From NCBI GenBank assembly GCA_964291285.2, contig OZ219786.1, positions 1,216,001 through 1,280,000 on the forward strand: a stretch of 64,000 nucleotides of DNA, written 5' to 3'. The stretch comes from Alphaproteobacteria bacterium (GTDB taxonomy: Bacteria > Pseudomonadota > Alphaproteobacteria > Bin95). Below are positions 10,312 through 18,730 of this stretch, piece after piece (within the stretch, counting starts at the first letter, position 1; each line of letters starts with the position of its first letter). The notes beneath the pieces were generated by a model. That model was given only the letters and a program-made list of their open reading frames with translations, did not search any database and had not been told where the DNA came from. The position numbers and the translations under genes were made by a program.

Positions 10312-11479
10312 ATACCAGCGGGCATAGTTCAGAACCCATTGGCCCATTTTCGGGTTCCGATGGAGGCGATGCGTTCTGGTTGTGAGACGAGATTGTTCCA
10401 GGCCTGGCAGCAGTGATCGAGTATGTCGTCGTAGTTCTGGAAGACGCGGTTCGAGAGCCAATTTTCGCGCATGAACTGCCAGACATTCTCGACGGGATTG
10501 AGTTCGGGGGACCGGGGCGGGAGCGGCATCAGGGTTATGTTGTCGGGGACTTTGAGGGCCGGGGATGTGTGCCATCCGGCCCGGTCGAGCATGACGAGGG
10601 CATGGGCTCCGGGTTCAACGGTGAGGGCGACCTCGGCGAGGTGGGCGTTGAGTGCCTCCGTGTTGGCGTGGGGCATGACGAGGCCGGCGGCCTTGCCCTT
10701 CTGCGGGCATATGGCGCCGAAGATGTAGGCCGAGATGGTTCTCTGGTCCTTGGGCGCTGACGGTCGGGTGCCGCGTTTAGCCCATCGCCGGGTGATCTTG
10801 TTCTTCTGCCCGACGCGCGCCTCGTCCTGCCACCAGACTTCGACCTCGACGCCGTCGCCGAGTGCAGCGCGGATCTCCTTCAGGCGGTCGGGGAAGTTTT
10901 TTTGAACCCTGCCAGCGCGGCTTCGTCCTGGGCATAGTGGCGCGGGCGCGCAGAGAGCCTGGCGTAGCCCATCCGGCGCAACTCCCGCCCGACCGTCGTC
11001 TCCGCCAACGAGATGCCGAACTGCTCGCTGAGCCATGCCGCCAGGTCGCAGCGCCGCCACCGCACCACGCCGTGGATCGCCGGGTCCGGACCGCTCTCCA
11101 CAACCGCCGCCAGCGCCGCGCGCTGCTCCCCGTTCAACTTGCGCGGCGGACCTGAGGCCTTGCGATCCTTCAATCCCTCCGGGCCTTCCGCGTTGAAGCG
11201 AAGAACCCAGTCCCGGATGATCTGCAAGCCCACCCCCGCAAAACGCGCCGCATCCGAACGACGGTAACCGTCGTAAATCACCGCAAGCGCAAGAAGGCGA
11301 CGGTTCTGCGAACCATCCCGGCTCCGCTGCGCCAAGCCGCGCAACTGCGCCGCATCAAAATCCTCCCTCAAGGGGATTGCTGCCCTCATAACGACCCTCC
11401 AATCGCAGAATCGCTATTGAGTCAGAACTCGATAACCTTGGGAATCCCCTCAATGAGTCTCAACCCTCAACCGCTGGTA
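10312..11479 (-). mobile_element. IS630-family insertion sequence
   Basis: Terminal IR TACCAGCGG; TA duplicated at 10310-10311 and 11480-11481; two-ORF transposase. Confidence 0.92.
10329..11389 (-). CDS. IS630 transposase (orfA 10880-11389 plus orfB via -1 frameshift)
   Basis: HTH orfA; orfB has WQDEARVG, LDRAGWH, SPELNPVENVW; slippery A7C run at 10896-10903. Confidence 0.9.
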
Positions 11480-12194
11480 TAAGCTCGCTGAGCGACACCT
11501 TCTGCTGCCCCTCCGCGTCGAAATTCTCCGGCGCGAACCATTGGGCGTGGGCGTTGCGGACGGCGGGCCATTCCTCGTCGGTCAGGGAGAACCAGGCCGT
11601 GTCGCGGCTGCGGCCCTTGACGATCAGGTGGTTGAGGAAGAGGCCCTCATAGCGGAAGCCGAGGCGGAGCGCCGCCGCGCGCGAGCCGGCGTTCAGCGCG
11701 TTGCACTTCCATTCGAGCCGCCGGTAGCCGCGCGTCTCCAGAACATGGTGCATCATCAGCGAGAGCACCTCGGTTGCGCGGATGTCGCGCTGCCAGGCGC
11801 GGCCGAACCAGATATTGCCGATCTCGCCGACGCCGGCGGCCTGCCTGATCTCCATGAAGCTGCCCATGCCGCCCGGAACGCCCGTGGTCCGGTCGCGATA
11901 GACCATGAAGAGCGGGTCCTTCGACGCGGCGCAGCCCGTGAGCCATTCATGCACGGCCTCCGCGCCGGCGAAGGGGCCGTAGCCGAGATAGTCCCAGATG
12001 CGGTCCGGCTCCTCGCCCTCGATCCCGGCCTTGTGGAGGCCGGCGGCGTCCCGGTCCGGGTCCACCGGCTCCACGACCGTTCGGGGGCCGGTGAGGGTGC
12101 TGCCCTCGAAGCCCTCCCAGTGGCGCCGCGCCACCTCCGCATTGCCGATGGGCCGCCTCCCGGCTGCGCTTGCCCGTTCCCTCTCGCTCGCCAT
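11460..12194 (-). CDS. GNAT family N-acetyltransferase (RimL/YdaF-like), C-terminus altered by IS630
   Basis: GYRRLEWKCNALNAGSRAAALRLGFRYEG...KGRSRDTAWFS. Confidence 0.88.
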   Translation of the reverse strand: MASERERASAAGRRPIGNAEVARRHWEGFEGSTLTGPRTVVEPVDPDRDAAGLHKAGIEGEEPDRIWDYLGYGPFAGAEAVHEWLTGCAASKDPLFMVYRDRTTGVPGGMGSFMEIRQAAGVGEIGNIWFGRAWQRDIRATEVLSLMMHHVLETRGYRRLEWKCNALNAGSRAAALRLGFRYEGLFLNHLIVKGRSRDTAWFSLTDEEWPAVRNAHAQWFAPENFDAEGQQKVSLSELIPAVEG

Positions 12195-12284
12195 GTCCGC
12201 CGTCCCCGTTCCGGATAGCCGAGGATAGCGGGGAAGACGGTTTGCCGCTAAGGTCTCCGGCGACGATTTCGGGGGAGGAAAACG

Positions 12285-13322
12285 ATGCGGCTCGGCATCA
12301 CGCTCGGCTACAGCGGCGGCGACATGGCGGACAAGGTGGCGCTCGTGCAGGAGGCCGAGCGCCTCGGCTACGAGATGTGCTGGACTTCGGAGGCCTGGGG
12401 CACGGACGCGATCACGCCCGCCGCCTGGCTGCTTGCGCAGACCTCGCGCATCAAGGTCGGCACGGCCATCATCCAGATGCAGTCGCGCTCGCCGGCGCTG
12501 GCGGCCATGACCTCCATGACGCTCCAGGAGATGTCCGGCGGGCGCTTCGTGCTCGGCATCGGCCCGTCGGGGCCGCAGGTGATCGAGGGCTGGCACGGCG
12601 TGCCGTTCGGCAAGCCGCTGGCGCGCACCCGCGAATATATCTCGATCATCCGCCAGATCCTGAAGCGCGAGGGCGTGCTGGAGCATCACGGCGAGCATTA
12701 CGACATCCCCTATCACGGGCCGGGCGCGACCGGCCTCGGCAAGCCGCTCAAGACCATCCTGCACCCCGACCCGGACCTCACGATCTACACCGCCGCGATC
12801 ACGCCGGCCGGTGTGCGCACCGCGGCCGAGGTGGCCGACGGGGTGATCCCGGTGTTCATGGACCCGCAGAGCGACGTCTTCGCGGAGCCGATCGCGGACG
12901 GCCTCGCCAGGGCGGGCAACGGCAAGACGGCGGAGGATTTCGAGGTCGTGCCCTTCGTGCCGGTCCGCGTCGGCGACGACCTGGAGGCCTGCCGGGCGCC
13001 GGTGCGCGACCATCTCGCCTTCTATGTCGGCGGCATGGGCGCGCGCGACAAGAACTTCTACAACGATTATGTCGGGCGCATGGGCTACGAGGACGAGGCC
13101 CGCAAGGTGCAGGACCTGTTCCTCTCCGGCCAGCGCAAGGAAGCGAGCGCCGCGCTGCCGGACGAGCTGGTGGACAGCGTGGCGCTGCTCGGCGACAAGG
13201 CCCGCATCCGCGACCGGCTGGGCGCGTGGAAGGACGCCATCGCCGCCGGCCGCGTCGCCGGCATCGCGCTGACGGGCGCAACGCCAGAGGCGGTCCGCAC
13301 GGTGGCCGAGGCCGCCGCGTGA
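12285..13322 (+). CDS. LLM-class (luciferase-like, putatively F420-dependent) oxidoreductase
   Basis: WTSEAWGTDA, SGGRFVLGIGPSGPQVIEGWHG; GGAGG RBS. Confidence 0.88.
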   Translation: MRLGITLGYSGGDMADKVALVQEAERLGYEMCWTSEAWGTDAITPAAWLLAQTSRIKVGTAIIQMQSRSPALAAMTSMTLQEMSGGRFVLGIGPSGPQVIEGWHGVPFGKPLARTREYISIIRQILKREGVLEHHGEHYDIPYHGPGATGLGKPLKTILHPDPDLTIYTAAITPAGVRTAAEVADGVIPVFMDPQSDVFAEPIADGLARAGNGKTAEDFEVVPFVPVRVGDDLEACRAPVRDHLAFYVGGMGARDKNFYNDYVGRMGYEDEARKVQDLFLSGQRKEASAALPDELVDSVALLGDKARIRDRLGAWKDAIAAGRVAGIALTGATPEAVRTVAEAAA

Positions 13323-13353
13323 GCGGATCGAAACGTGACGGGAACAGGCAAAC

Positions 13354-13486
13354 ACCGTCACCCCGGACTTGATCCGGGGTCCATCCCTGAACGTCTGTAC
13401 CCGCCGCCGATGGTGGAGGGCAAGCCAACCGCCGGGGCAGCCGCGAGAGCCGGAGCTGGACCCCGGATCAAGTCCGGGGTGACGGT
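13354..13486. repeat. REP doublet (REPIN/BIME-like) with perfect 30-bp inverted repeats
   Basis: ACCGTCACCCCGGACTTGATCCGGGGTCCA (13354-13383) and its exact reverse complement (13457-13486). Confidence 0.9.
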
Positions 13487-13530
13487 TTGGGCCGGGCAGG
13501 GCGGCGGGCGCTGTTTGTGAGGAGGCTTAG

Positions 13531-14835
13531 ATGCCGGACGGTTCGCTGACATCCTTCATGGCCGCGCGGGCGGAGGAGATCGTCTCGGCCTGCACGGCCT
13601 GCGGCGCCTGCGTCGAGGCCTGCCCCGTGGTGCCCCATGCGGGGATTTCCGGTGCGGAGCCGGGGGCGGTTGCGGGTGGCGTGCTGCAGGTGTTGCAGGA
13701 CGGCGGCCGGCTGGAAGGCCCGGCGGCCGCCTGGGTGCACCAGTGCAACGGCTGCGGCGAGTGCATCCCGGCCTGTCCCGAGGGCGTCAACCCGCGCAGC
13801 ATGGTGATGCTCGCCGCCGCCAGGTCCTCGGAAACGCACAGCGACACGCCGCAGCTTTTCCGCAAGATGGCGCGCGCCATCCGGCTGATGGCGGCGATGC
13901 AACTTGCCCCGGCCGACCTCGCAAGGCTGTTGCAGCCGCCGAAGCCGCGGTCCGTCCCGGTCGTCTTCTATGTCGGCTGCAATGCGGTGCGCACGCCGCA
14001 CCTGCTGTTCAACGCGATGTATGTGCTCGACGCCATAGAGGTCGATTACGAGGTCCTGGGCGGTCCGGCCGCCTGCTGCGGCATCATCCACACCAAGTGG
14101 GAAGGCGAGGCCGACGCCGGCGGGCGCGTCACCGACGGGACGCTCAAGCGGTTCGGGGACTTCCAGCCGGAGCGGGTGCTGAGTTGGTGCCCCTCCTGCC
14201 AGCTTCACCTGGGCGAAACGGTGGAAGGATACGGGGAGGCGGCCTTCGCCTTCGAGCATGTGACCGGCTACCTGGTCGAGCATGAGGAGCGGCTGCGCGG
14301 CCTCTACACGACGGAAGTCCCGATGCGGGTGCTCCTCCACGCGCATGAGGGCATGGCGGACCTCGGCGAGAATGTCGCCCGGCTGCTGGGCGACGTGCCG
14401 GGACTGGACATCGCCGGCATCGCCTGGGAGTCGGGATATACCTGCGGCGGCTCCGGCCAGGACCGCTCTCCCGGCCTGAAGGCGGAGCGGCGCAAGGCGA
14501 CCTATGCGATGGCCGAAGAGACGGGCGCAGACGCGCTGGTCTCGCTCTACCACGGCTGCCACGCGCAATTGTCCGCCGCGGCCGAGACGCAGGGGCCGCC
14601 GGTCGTCAATTTCACCGACTTCCTGGTGCGCGCCCTTGGCGGCGAGCCGCGCGCGGACCTGCTCGCGGGCTGGCGGATGGCCGGCGACTGGCAGGCGCTG
14701 GCGGACAGGTCCATGCCTTCGCTGGAGCGCAACGGCGTGTCGGTCGACTCCGAATGGCTCGCCTCGCTGCTCCCGGACATGCTGGCGAGCAGGGAGTTCG
14801 CCGGCGGCCTCGACGAGCTAGCCCGGCCGCGGTGA
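13531..14835 (+). CDS. Fe-S oxidoreductase with two [4Fe-4S] motifs and CCG domains (HdrD/GlpC-like)
   Basis: CTACGACVEACP, CNGCGECIPACP, YVGC, CCG, CPSC. Confidence 0.8.
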   Translation: MPDGSLTSFMAARAEEIVSACTACGACVEACPVVPHAGISGAEPGAVAGGVLQVLQDGGRLEGPAAAWVHQCNGCGECIPACPEGVNPRSMVMLAAARSSETHSDTPQLFRKMARAIRLMAAMQLAPADLARLLQPPKPRSVPVVFYVGCNAVRTPHLLFNAMYVLDAIEVDYEVLGGPAACCGIIHTKWEGEADAGGRVTDGTLKRFGDFQPERVLSWCPSCQLHLGETVEGYGEAAFAFEHVTGYLVEHEERLRGLYTTEVPMRVLLHAHEGMADLGENVARLLGDVPGLDIAGIAWESGYTCGGSGQDRSPGLKAERRKATYAMAEETGADALVSLYHGCHAQLSAAAETQGPPVVNFTDFLVRALGGEPRADLLAGWRMAGDWQALADRSMPSLERNGVSVDSEWLASLLPDMLASREFAGGLDELARPR

Positions 14836-15311
14836 ACGCCCGCCGCGTCGTTCTCAACGTCAACGGCTCGGTCCGGGAGGTCGAGGCGGACCCGGCGACG
14901 CCGCTGATCTACGTGCTTCGCAACGAACTCGGCCTGGTCGGCGCGAAGCTCGGCTGCGGGCTGGAGCAGTGCGGGGCCTGCGCCGTGATGGCGGACGGCG
15001 AAAAGGTGCTGAGTTGCGTGCGGGCCGTCTTCGAATTCGAAGGGTGCGCGATCACGACGGTGGAGGGCCTTGCGGAGGGCGGGGAGCTCAACCCGGTGCA
15101 GCGCGCCTTCCTGGAGGCCGGCGCGGCCCAATGCGGCTATTGCACGAGCGGGCTGGTCGTCGCGCTGACCGCCTATCTGCAAGCGGCGGAGCACCCGGAC
15201 CGGCGGGGCGCGGTCGAGGCGCTCAGGGGCCACCTCTGCCGCTGCGGCGCGCATGCCGACGTGCTGAGGGCTGTGGACCGGCTCGTCGCGGAGGCGGCCG
15301 ATGGCGGCTAA
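14832..15311 (+). CDS. (2Fe-2S) small subunit of a xanthine dehydrogenase-family enzyme (CoxS/NicA-like)
   Basis: KLGCGLEQCGAC, QCGYC, LCRCG; GTGA coupling. Confidence 0.9.
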   Translation: MNARRVVLNVNGSVREVEADPATPLIYVLRNELGLVGAKLGCGLEQCGACAVMADGEKVLSCVRAVFEFEGCAITTVEGLAEGGELNPVQRAFLEAGAAQCGYCTSGLVVALTAYLQAAEHPDRRGAVEALRGHLCRCGAHADVLRAVDRLVAEAADGG

Positions 15312-17442
15312 CCCGAGCCTCCGGGCCAACCCGGCGCTGGACGACTGGCTGGCCTTCGGTCCGGGCGAGACCGTCACCGTGCGCAGCGGCAAGGTCGATA
15401 TCGGCCAGCGCATCTCGACCGCCGCCGCGCTGCTGGTTGCGGACGAGCTCGGCATCGACCCCGGCCGGGTGGAGGCCGCGCGGGTGGAAACCGGCCGCTC
15501 GCCGGACGAGGGCTTCACCTCGGGCAGCCAGTCGATGGCCCAGACGGGCAATGCGGTCCGGCTGGCGGCGGCGACGGCCCGGCGGCACCTGCTGGAGCGG
15601 GCCGCGCGGATGCTCGATGTCGATGTTGCGGCCCTGGAGGTCGATGACGGCGCGATCCACTCGCGCGCCACCAACCGCAAGACGAGCTATTGGGAACTCG
15701 CCGCCGGCGGGCCGTTCGGCATCGACGTCGATCCGGCCGCGCCGCTCAGGCCGCGCGAGGCCCTCGGCCATGTCGGGACCGCCGCGGCGGCGCGGGGGAT
15801 GGAGGCGCTGGTCCGGGGGCGGCCTCATTTCCTCCACGACATGAGCCTGCCCGGCATGCTGCATGCGCGCACGGTGCGGCCGCCGCATTACCATGCGCGG
15901 CTGGCGGCCCTGGACGAAGCCGTGGCCGGGCGCCTCGCTGCGGACGGCGTCGAGGTGGTGCGCGACGGCAGCTTCCTCGCGGTTGCGGCGGCGGACGAAT
16001 ATGCGGCGGTCAGGGCGGCGGAGAGGCTTGCCGCCGCCGCGTCCTGGGATTCGGGCGGCGGGCTTGAGACCCGCGACATCTACGAGAGCCTGCGCGCCAA
16101 CGAACGGGTGAGCCTCCCGGTCGTCGACGGCGCGCCGGTCGAGGCGCCGGTGCCGCCGCCGGCCGATGGCGCCGCGACGCTGGAGGCGCGCTACGAGCGG
16201 CCCTACCAGATGCACGCCTCGCTCGGCCCCTCGGCGGCGCTGGCGGCGTTCGCCGACGGCCGCCTGACGGTCACGACCCACAGCCAGGGCGTCTATGTCC
16301 TGCGCGCCGCGCTGGCGGAGGCGTTCGGCATGGAGCCCGGAGCGGTCCATGTCGTCCACGCGCCGGGGGCCGGCTGCTACGGCCATAACGGCGCCGACGA
16401 CGCCGCCTTCGATGCGGCGCTCATCGCCCGTGCGCTCCCCGGCAGGCCGGTGATGCTCAAATGGACGCGCGGGGAGGAGCACGCCTGGGAGCCTTACGGG
16501 TCCTGCGCCTCGATGGATCTGCGCGCGAGCCTCGACGGCGATGGCAGGATCGCCGCCTGGTCGCACGAGACATACAGCGACACCTATTCCATGCGGCCCC
16601 GCCCCGGCCCCGGCAGGATGGGCGCGGCCCGGCTGCTCTCCGCCCGCTTCCTCGCGGAGCCGCTGGAGCCGCCCGTCATGGGCCCGGCGATGGCGCCCCA
16701 CATGGGCATCCACCGCAATCTGGACCCGCTCTACGACCTGCCGGAGAAGCGCCTTGTGAAGCATCTGGTGCGGGACATGCCGCTCCGGGTCTCGGCGCTG
16801 CGCTCGCTCGGCGCCTACGCCAATGTCTTCGCCATCGAGTCCTTCATGGACGAGCTTGCCGGGGCGGCGGGCTGCGACCCCGTATCCTTCCGGCTCCGCC
16901 ACCTTTCGGACCCGCGCGGCCGCGCCGTCATCGAGGCGGCGGCGGCGCGCCTAGACCCCTCGGGCGCGGACTGCCCGGAAGGCCGGGGGCGCGGGCTCGG
17001 ATTCGCGCGGTACAAGAACAGCGCCGCCTATGCCGCCGTCGTCATGGAAGTCTCGGTGGACGATACCGGCAACATCCGGCTCGAACGCTGCGCCGTCGCC
17101 GCCGATGCCGGCGAGATCGCGGACTGCGCCGGCCTCGCCGCGCAGCTCGAAGGCGGGGTCGTCCAGGCGGCAAGCTGGACGCTGCATGAAGCCGTGGCGT
17201 TCGACCGGGACGGCATTGCCAGCCGCGACTGGGACTCCTACCCGATCCTCGGCTTCGACAATGCGCCCGCGTTCGAAACCGCGCTGATCGACCCCGGCCG
17301 GCATCCGTTCCTCGGCGCCGGGGAAGCCACGGCCGGCCCGACGGCGGCGGCCATCGCCAATGCCGTCTATGCCGCGACGGGGCTCAGGCTGCGGCGGATT
17401 CCCTTCACGCCCGACGAAGTGCGCGCCGCCGCCCTGGCGTAG
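15301..17442 (+). CDS. Molybdopterin-binding large subunit, xanthine dehydrogenase family (NicB/IorB-like)
   Basis: SGKVDIGQ, GCYGHNGADDAA, ALRSLGAYANVFAIESFMDELA, GAGEA..GPTAAAIANA. Confidence 0.88.
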   Translation: MAANPSLRANPALDDWLAFGPGETVTVRSGKVDIGQRISTAAALLVADELGIDPGRVEAARVETGRSPDEGFTSGSQSMAQTGNAVRLAAATARRHLLERAARMLDVDVAALEVDDGAIHSRATNRKTSYWELAAGGPFGIDVDPAAPLRPREALGHVGTAAAARGMEALVRGRPHFLHDMSLPGMLHARTVRPPHYHARLAALDEAVAGRLAADGVEVVRDGSFLAVAAADEYAAVRAAERLAAAASWDSGGGLETRDIYESLRANERVSLPVVDGAPVEAPVPPPADGAATLEARYERPYQMHASLGPSAALAAFADGRLTVTTHSQGVYVLRAALAEAFGMEPGAVHVVHAPGAGCYGHNGADDAAFDAALIARALPGRPVMLKWTRGEEHAWEPYGSCASMDLRASLDGDGRIAAWSHETYSDTYSMRPRPGPGRMGAARLLSARFLAEPLEPPVMGPAMAPHMGIHRNLDPLYDLPEKRLVKHLVRDMPLRVSALRSLGAYANVFAIESFMDELAGAAGCDPVSFRLRHLSDPRGRAVIEAAAARLDPSGADCPEGRGRGLGFARYKNSAAYAAVVMEVSVDDTGNIRLERCAVAADAGEIADCAGLAAQLEGGVVQAASWTLHEAVAFDRDGIASRDWDSYPILGFDNAPAFETALIDPGRHPFLGAGEATAGPTAAAIANAVYAATGLRLRRIPFTPDEVRAAALA

Positions 17443-17521
17443 CCGCGCGCTCCTTCCTCCTTCCCCGCGAGCAAAACATGAACAATTTCCAATATTTTTG
17501 ACTTTTGTTCGTGTTTAGATC

Positions 17522-17548
17522 TTGACATCTGGCGGATTGTGGTATGAT
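17522..17548 (+). promoter_or_regulatory. Putative sigma70 promoter of cassette 1
   Basis: TTGACA (17522) and TATGAT (17543) after an AT-rich UP-like tract; spacer is only 15 bp. Confidence 0.5.
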
Positions 17549-17770
17549 GGTCCCCGGGGAAGCGGACTCCGGAACCGCGTCCCCGGGCGCCGCGCGGCCG
17601 GCGGCGCCGCCTTCGAAAAAATACCCGCAATACCGACGGGAGGGGTGCGCCTGCCGCCTCGCGCGCGCAATCAGGCGTGCGAACCGCGCCGGCGCCGGCG
17701 CGCGGGCGCGCACACACGCGAAACGCGCGCGGCAAAGGGTCCGCCGCTCCCGGACCGGAAGGAGACATGG

Positions 17771-18427
17771 ATGACCGCAACCGACCCCCGCCCCGCACTG
17801 GCGGCGGCGCTCGCCGCAAAGCTCGCGCCCGCCGCCGAAGCCCTCGCCGCTGCCTATGCCGAAGACCTGAACCCGGAGCCCCCGCCCCCCGACGACCGCG
17901 CCCGCGCCGAATGCCACCGCGCCGCCCGCGCCCAGCTCGACCACCTGCACAAGCTCCTCGCCCTGCTCGACTGGGCCGGCGCCCACCTGCCCGAACCGCC
18001 CGCCCCGGAACCCGAAGAGGAGCCGTGGGAGCCGCCGCCCCCGGAAGAGGACGATTACGACGGCAGCGAGGACGAGTTCCACTATCGCAGCGAGGTCTAT
18101 GTCGGCAGCCAGGAGACGCCCGAGTTCCGCGCCTGGTATGCCGAGCAGGAGCGCCGCTTCGGACCGCTCGTCCCCGACGAGGCCGAGTATGACGGCAGCG
18201 AGGACGAATACCACCACGGGCGGCGCAAATATGTCGGCAAGCTCAGGACGCCCGAGTTCTACGCATGGCTCGAACGGCTGGACCGCCGCGAAGCCGAAGA
18301 GGAGCGCCAGGAGGAGGAAGCCGAAGCCCGCGCCGCACTCGCACGCACAGCCGCACACGGCGGCGGACGGGAAGACGCCGCAGCGGCGGACCATGACATG
18401 CCGCCGCCGGAACATGACAAAACATGA
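17771..18427 (+). CDS. Hypothetical acidic protein with internal repeat, ending HDKT
   Basis: AAGGAG RBS; helical N-terminus; two copies of YDGSEDE(F/Y)H...YVG...TPEF.AW. Confidence 0.75.
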   Translation: MTATDPRPALAAALAAKLAPAAEALAAAYAEDLNPEPPPPDDRARAECHRAARAQLDHLHKLLALLDWAGAHLPEPPAPEPEEEPWEPPPPEEDDYDGSEDEFHYRSEVYVGSQETPEFRAWYAEQERRFGPLVPDEAEYDGSEDEYHHGRRKYVGKLRTPEFYAWLERLDRREAEEERQEEEAEARAALARTAAHGGGREDAAAADHDMPPPEHDKT

Positions 18428-18442
18428 CATTCCATGACACTT
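18413..18442 (+). repeat. 3 x 10-bp CATGACA direct repeat over the stop codon
   Basis: CATGACAAAA CATGACATTC CATGACACTT. Confidence 0.9.
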
Positions 18443-18645
18443 CCGGGGGGCCTTGGACCGGATGGTCTCATGCGCCCCTTCGGCAAGCTCGGGACAGGTT
18501 CTTTCGTCCCCCCGGACCTGCCTGCCGCCGCGCAGGCGGTTGCGGGCCGTGCTATGCAAAGCCGACGCTGGAGATATGTGAATCCGGCAGCGGGCGGGGC
18601 AGGGGCTTCCAGGCGGCCGGTGCCGTCATCGGGCCCGGGCCGCCG

Positions 18646-18672
18646 TTGACAGGCAATGTTATGTTATACACT
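18646..18672 (+). promoter_or_regulatory. Promoter with overlapping Zur-box-like site
   Basis: TTGACA followed by GGCAATGTTATGTTATACAC, upstream of metal uptake genes. Confidence 0.65.
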
Positions 18673-18730
18673 ATCGCCCGATGCGCGGTTGGGAGGCCTT
18701 TCGCAACGGAAGGCTGTCGGAGGAACGTCG

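Larger units (their letters stand above)
17470..18462 (+). other. Single-gene cassette, copy 1 (AT-rich promoter, conserved leader, ORF, CATGACA x3)
   Basis: Leader motif and 3' repeat shared with the 39.27-40.61 kb cassette; boundaries approximate. Confidence 0.7.

Noticed and set aside
17469-17521. LexA-like sites GAGC-N7-GAAC and GTTC-N7-GATC in the cassette 1 promoter
   Set aside because: Each has a mismatch to GTTC-N7-GTTC and no equivalent was found in cassette 2; possible but unsupported.
18413-18442. CATGACA repeats or REP doublets as a CRISPR array
   Set aside because: Units are too short, there are no unique spacers of regular length, and no cas genes.
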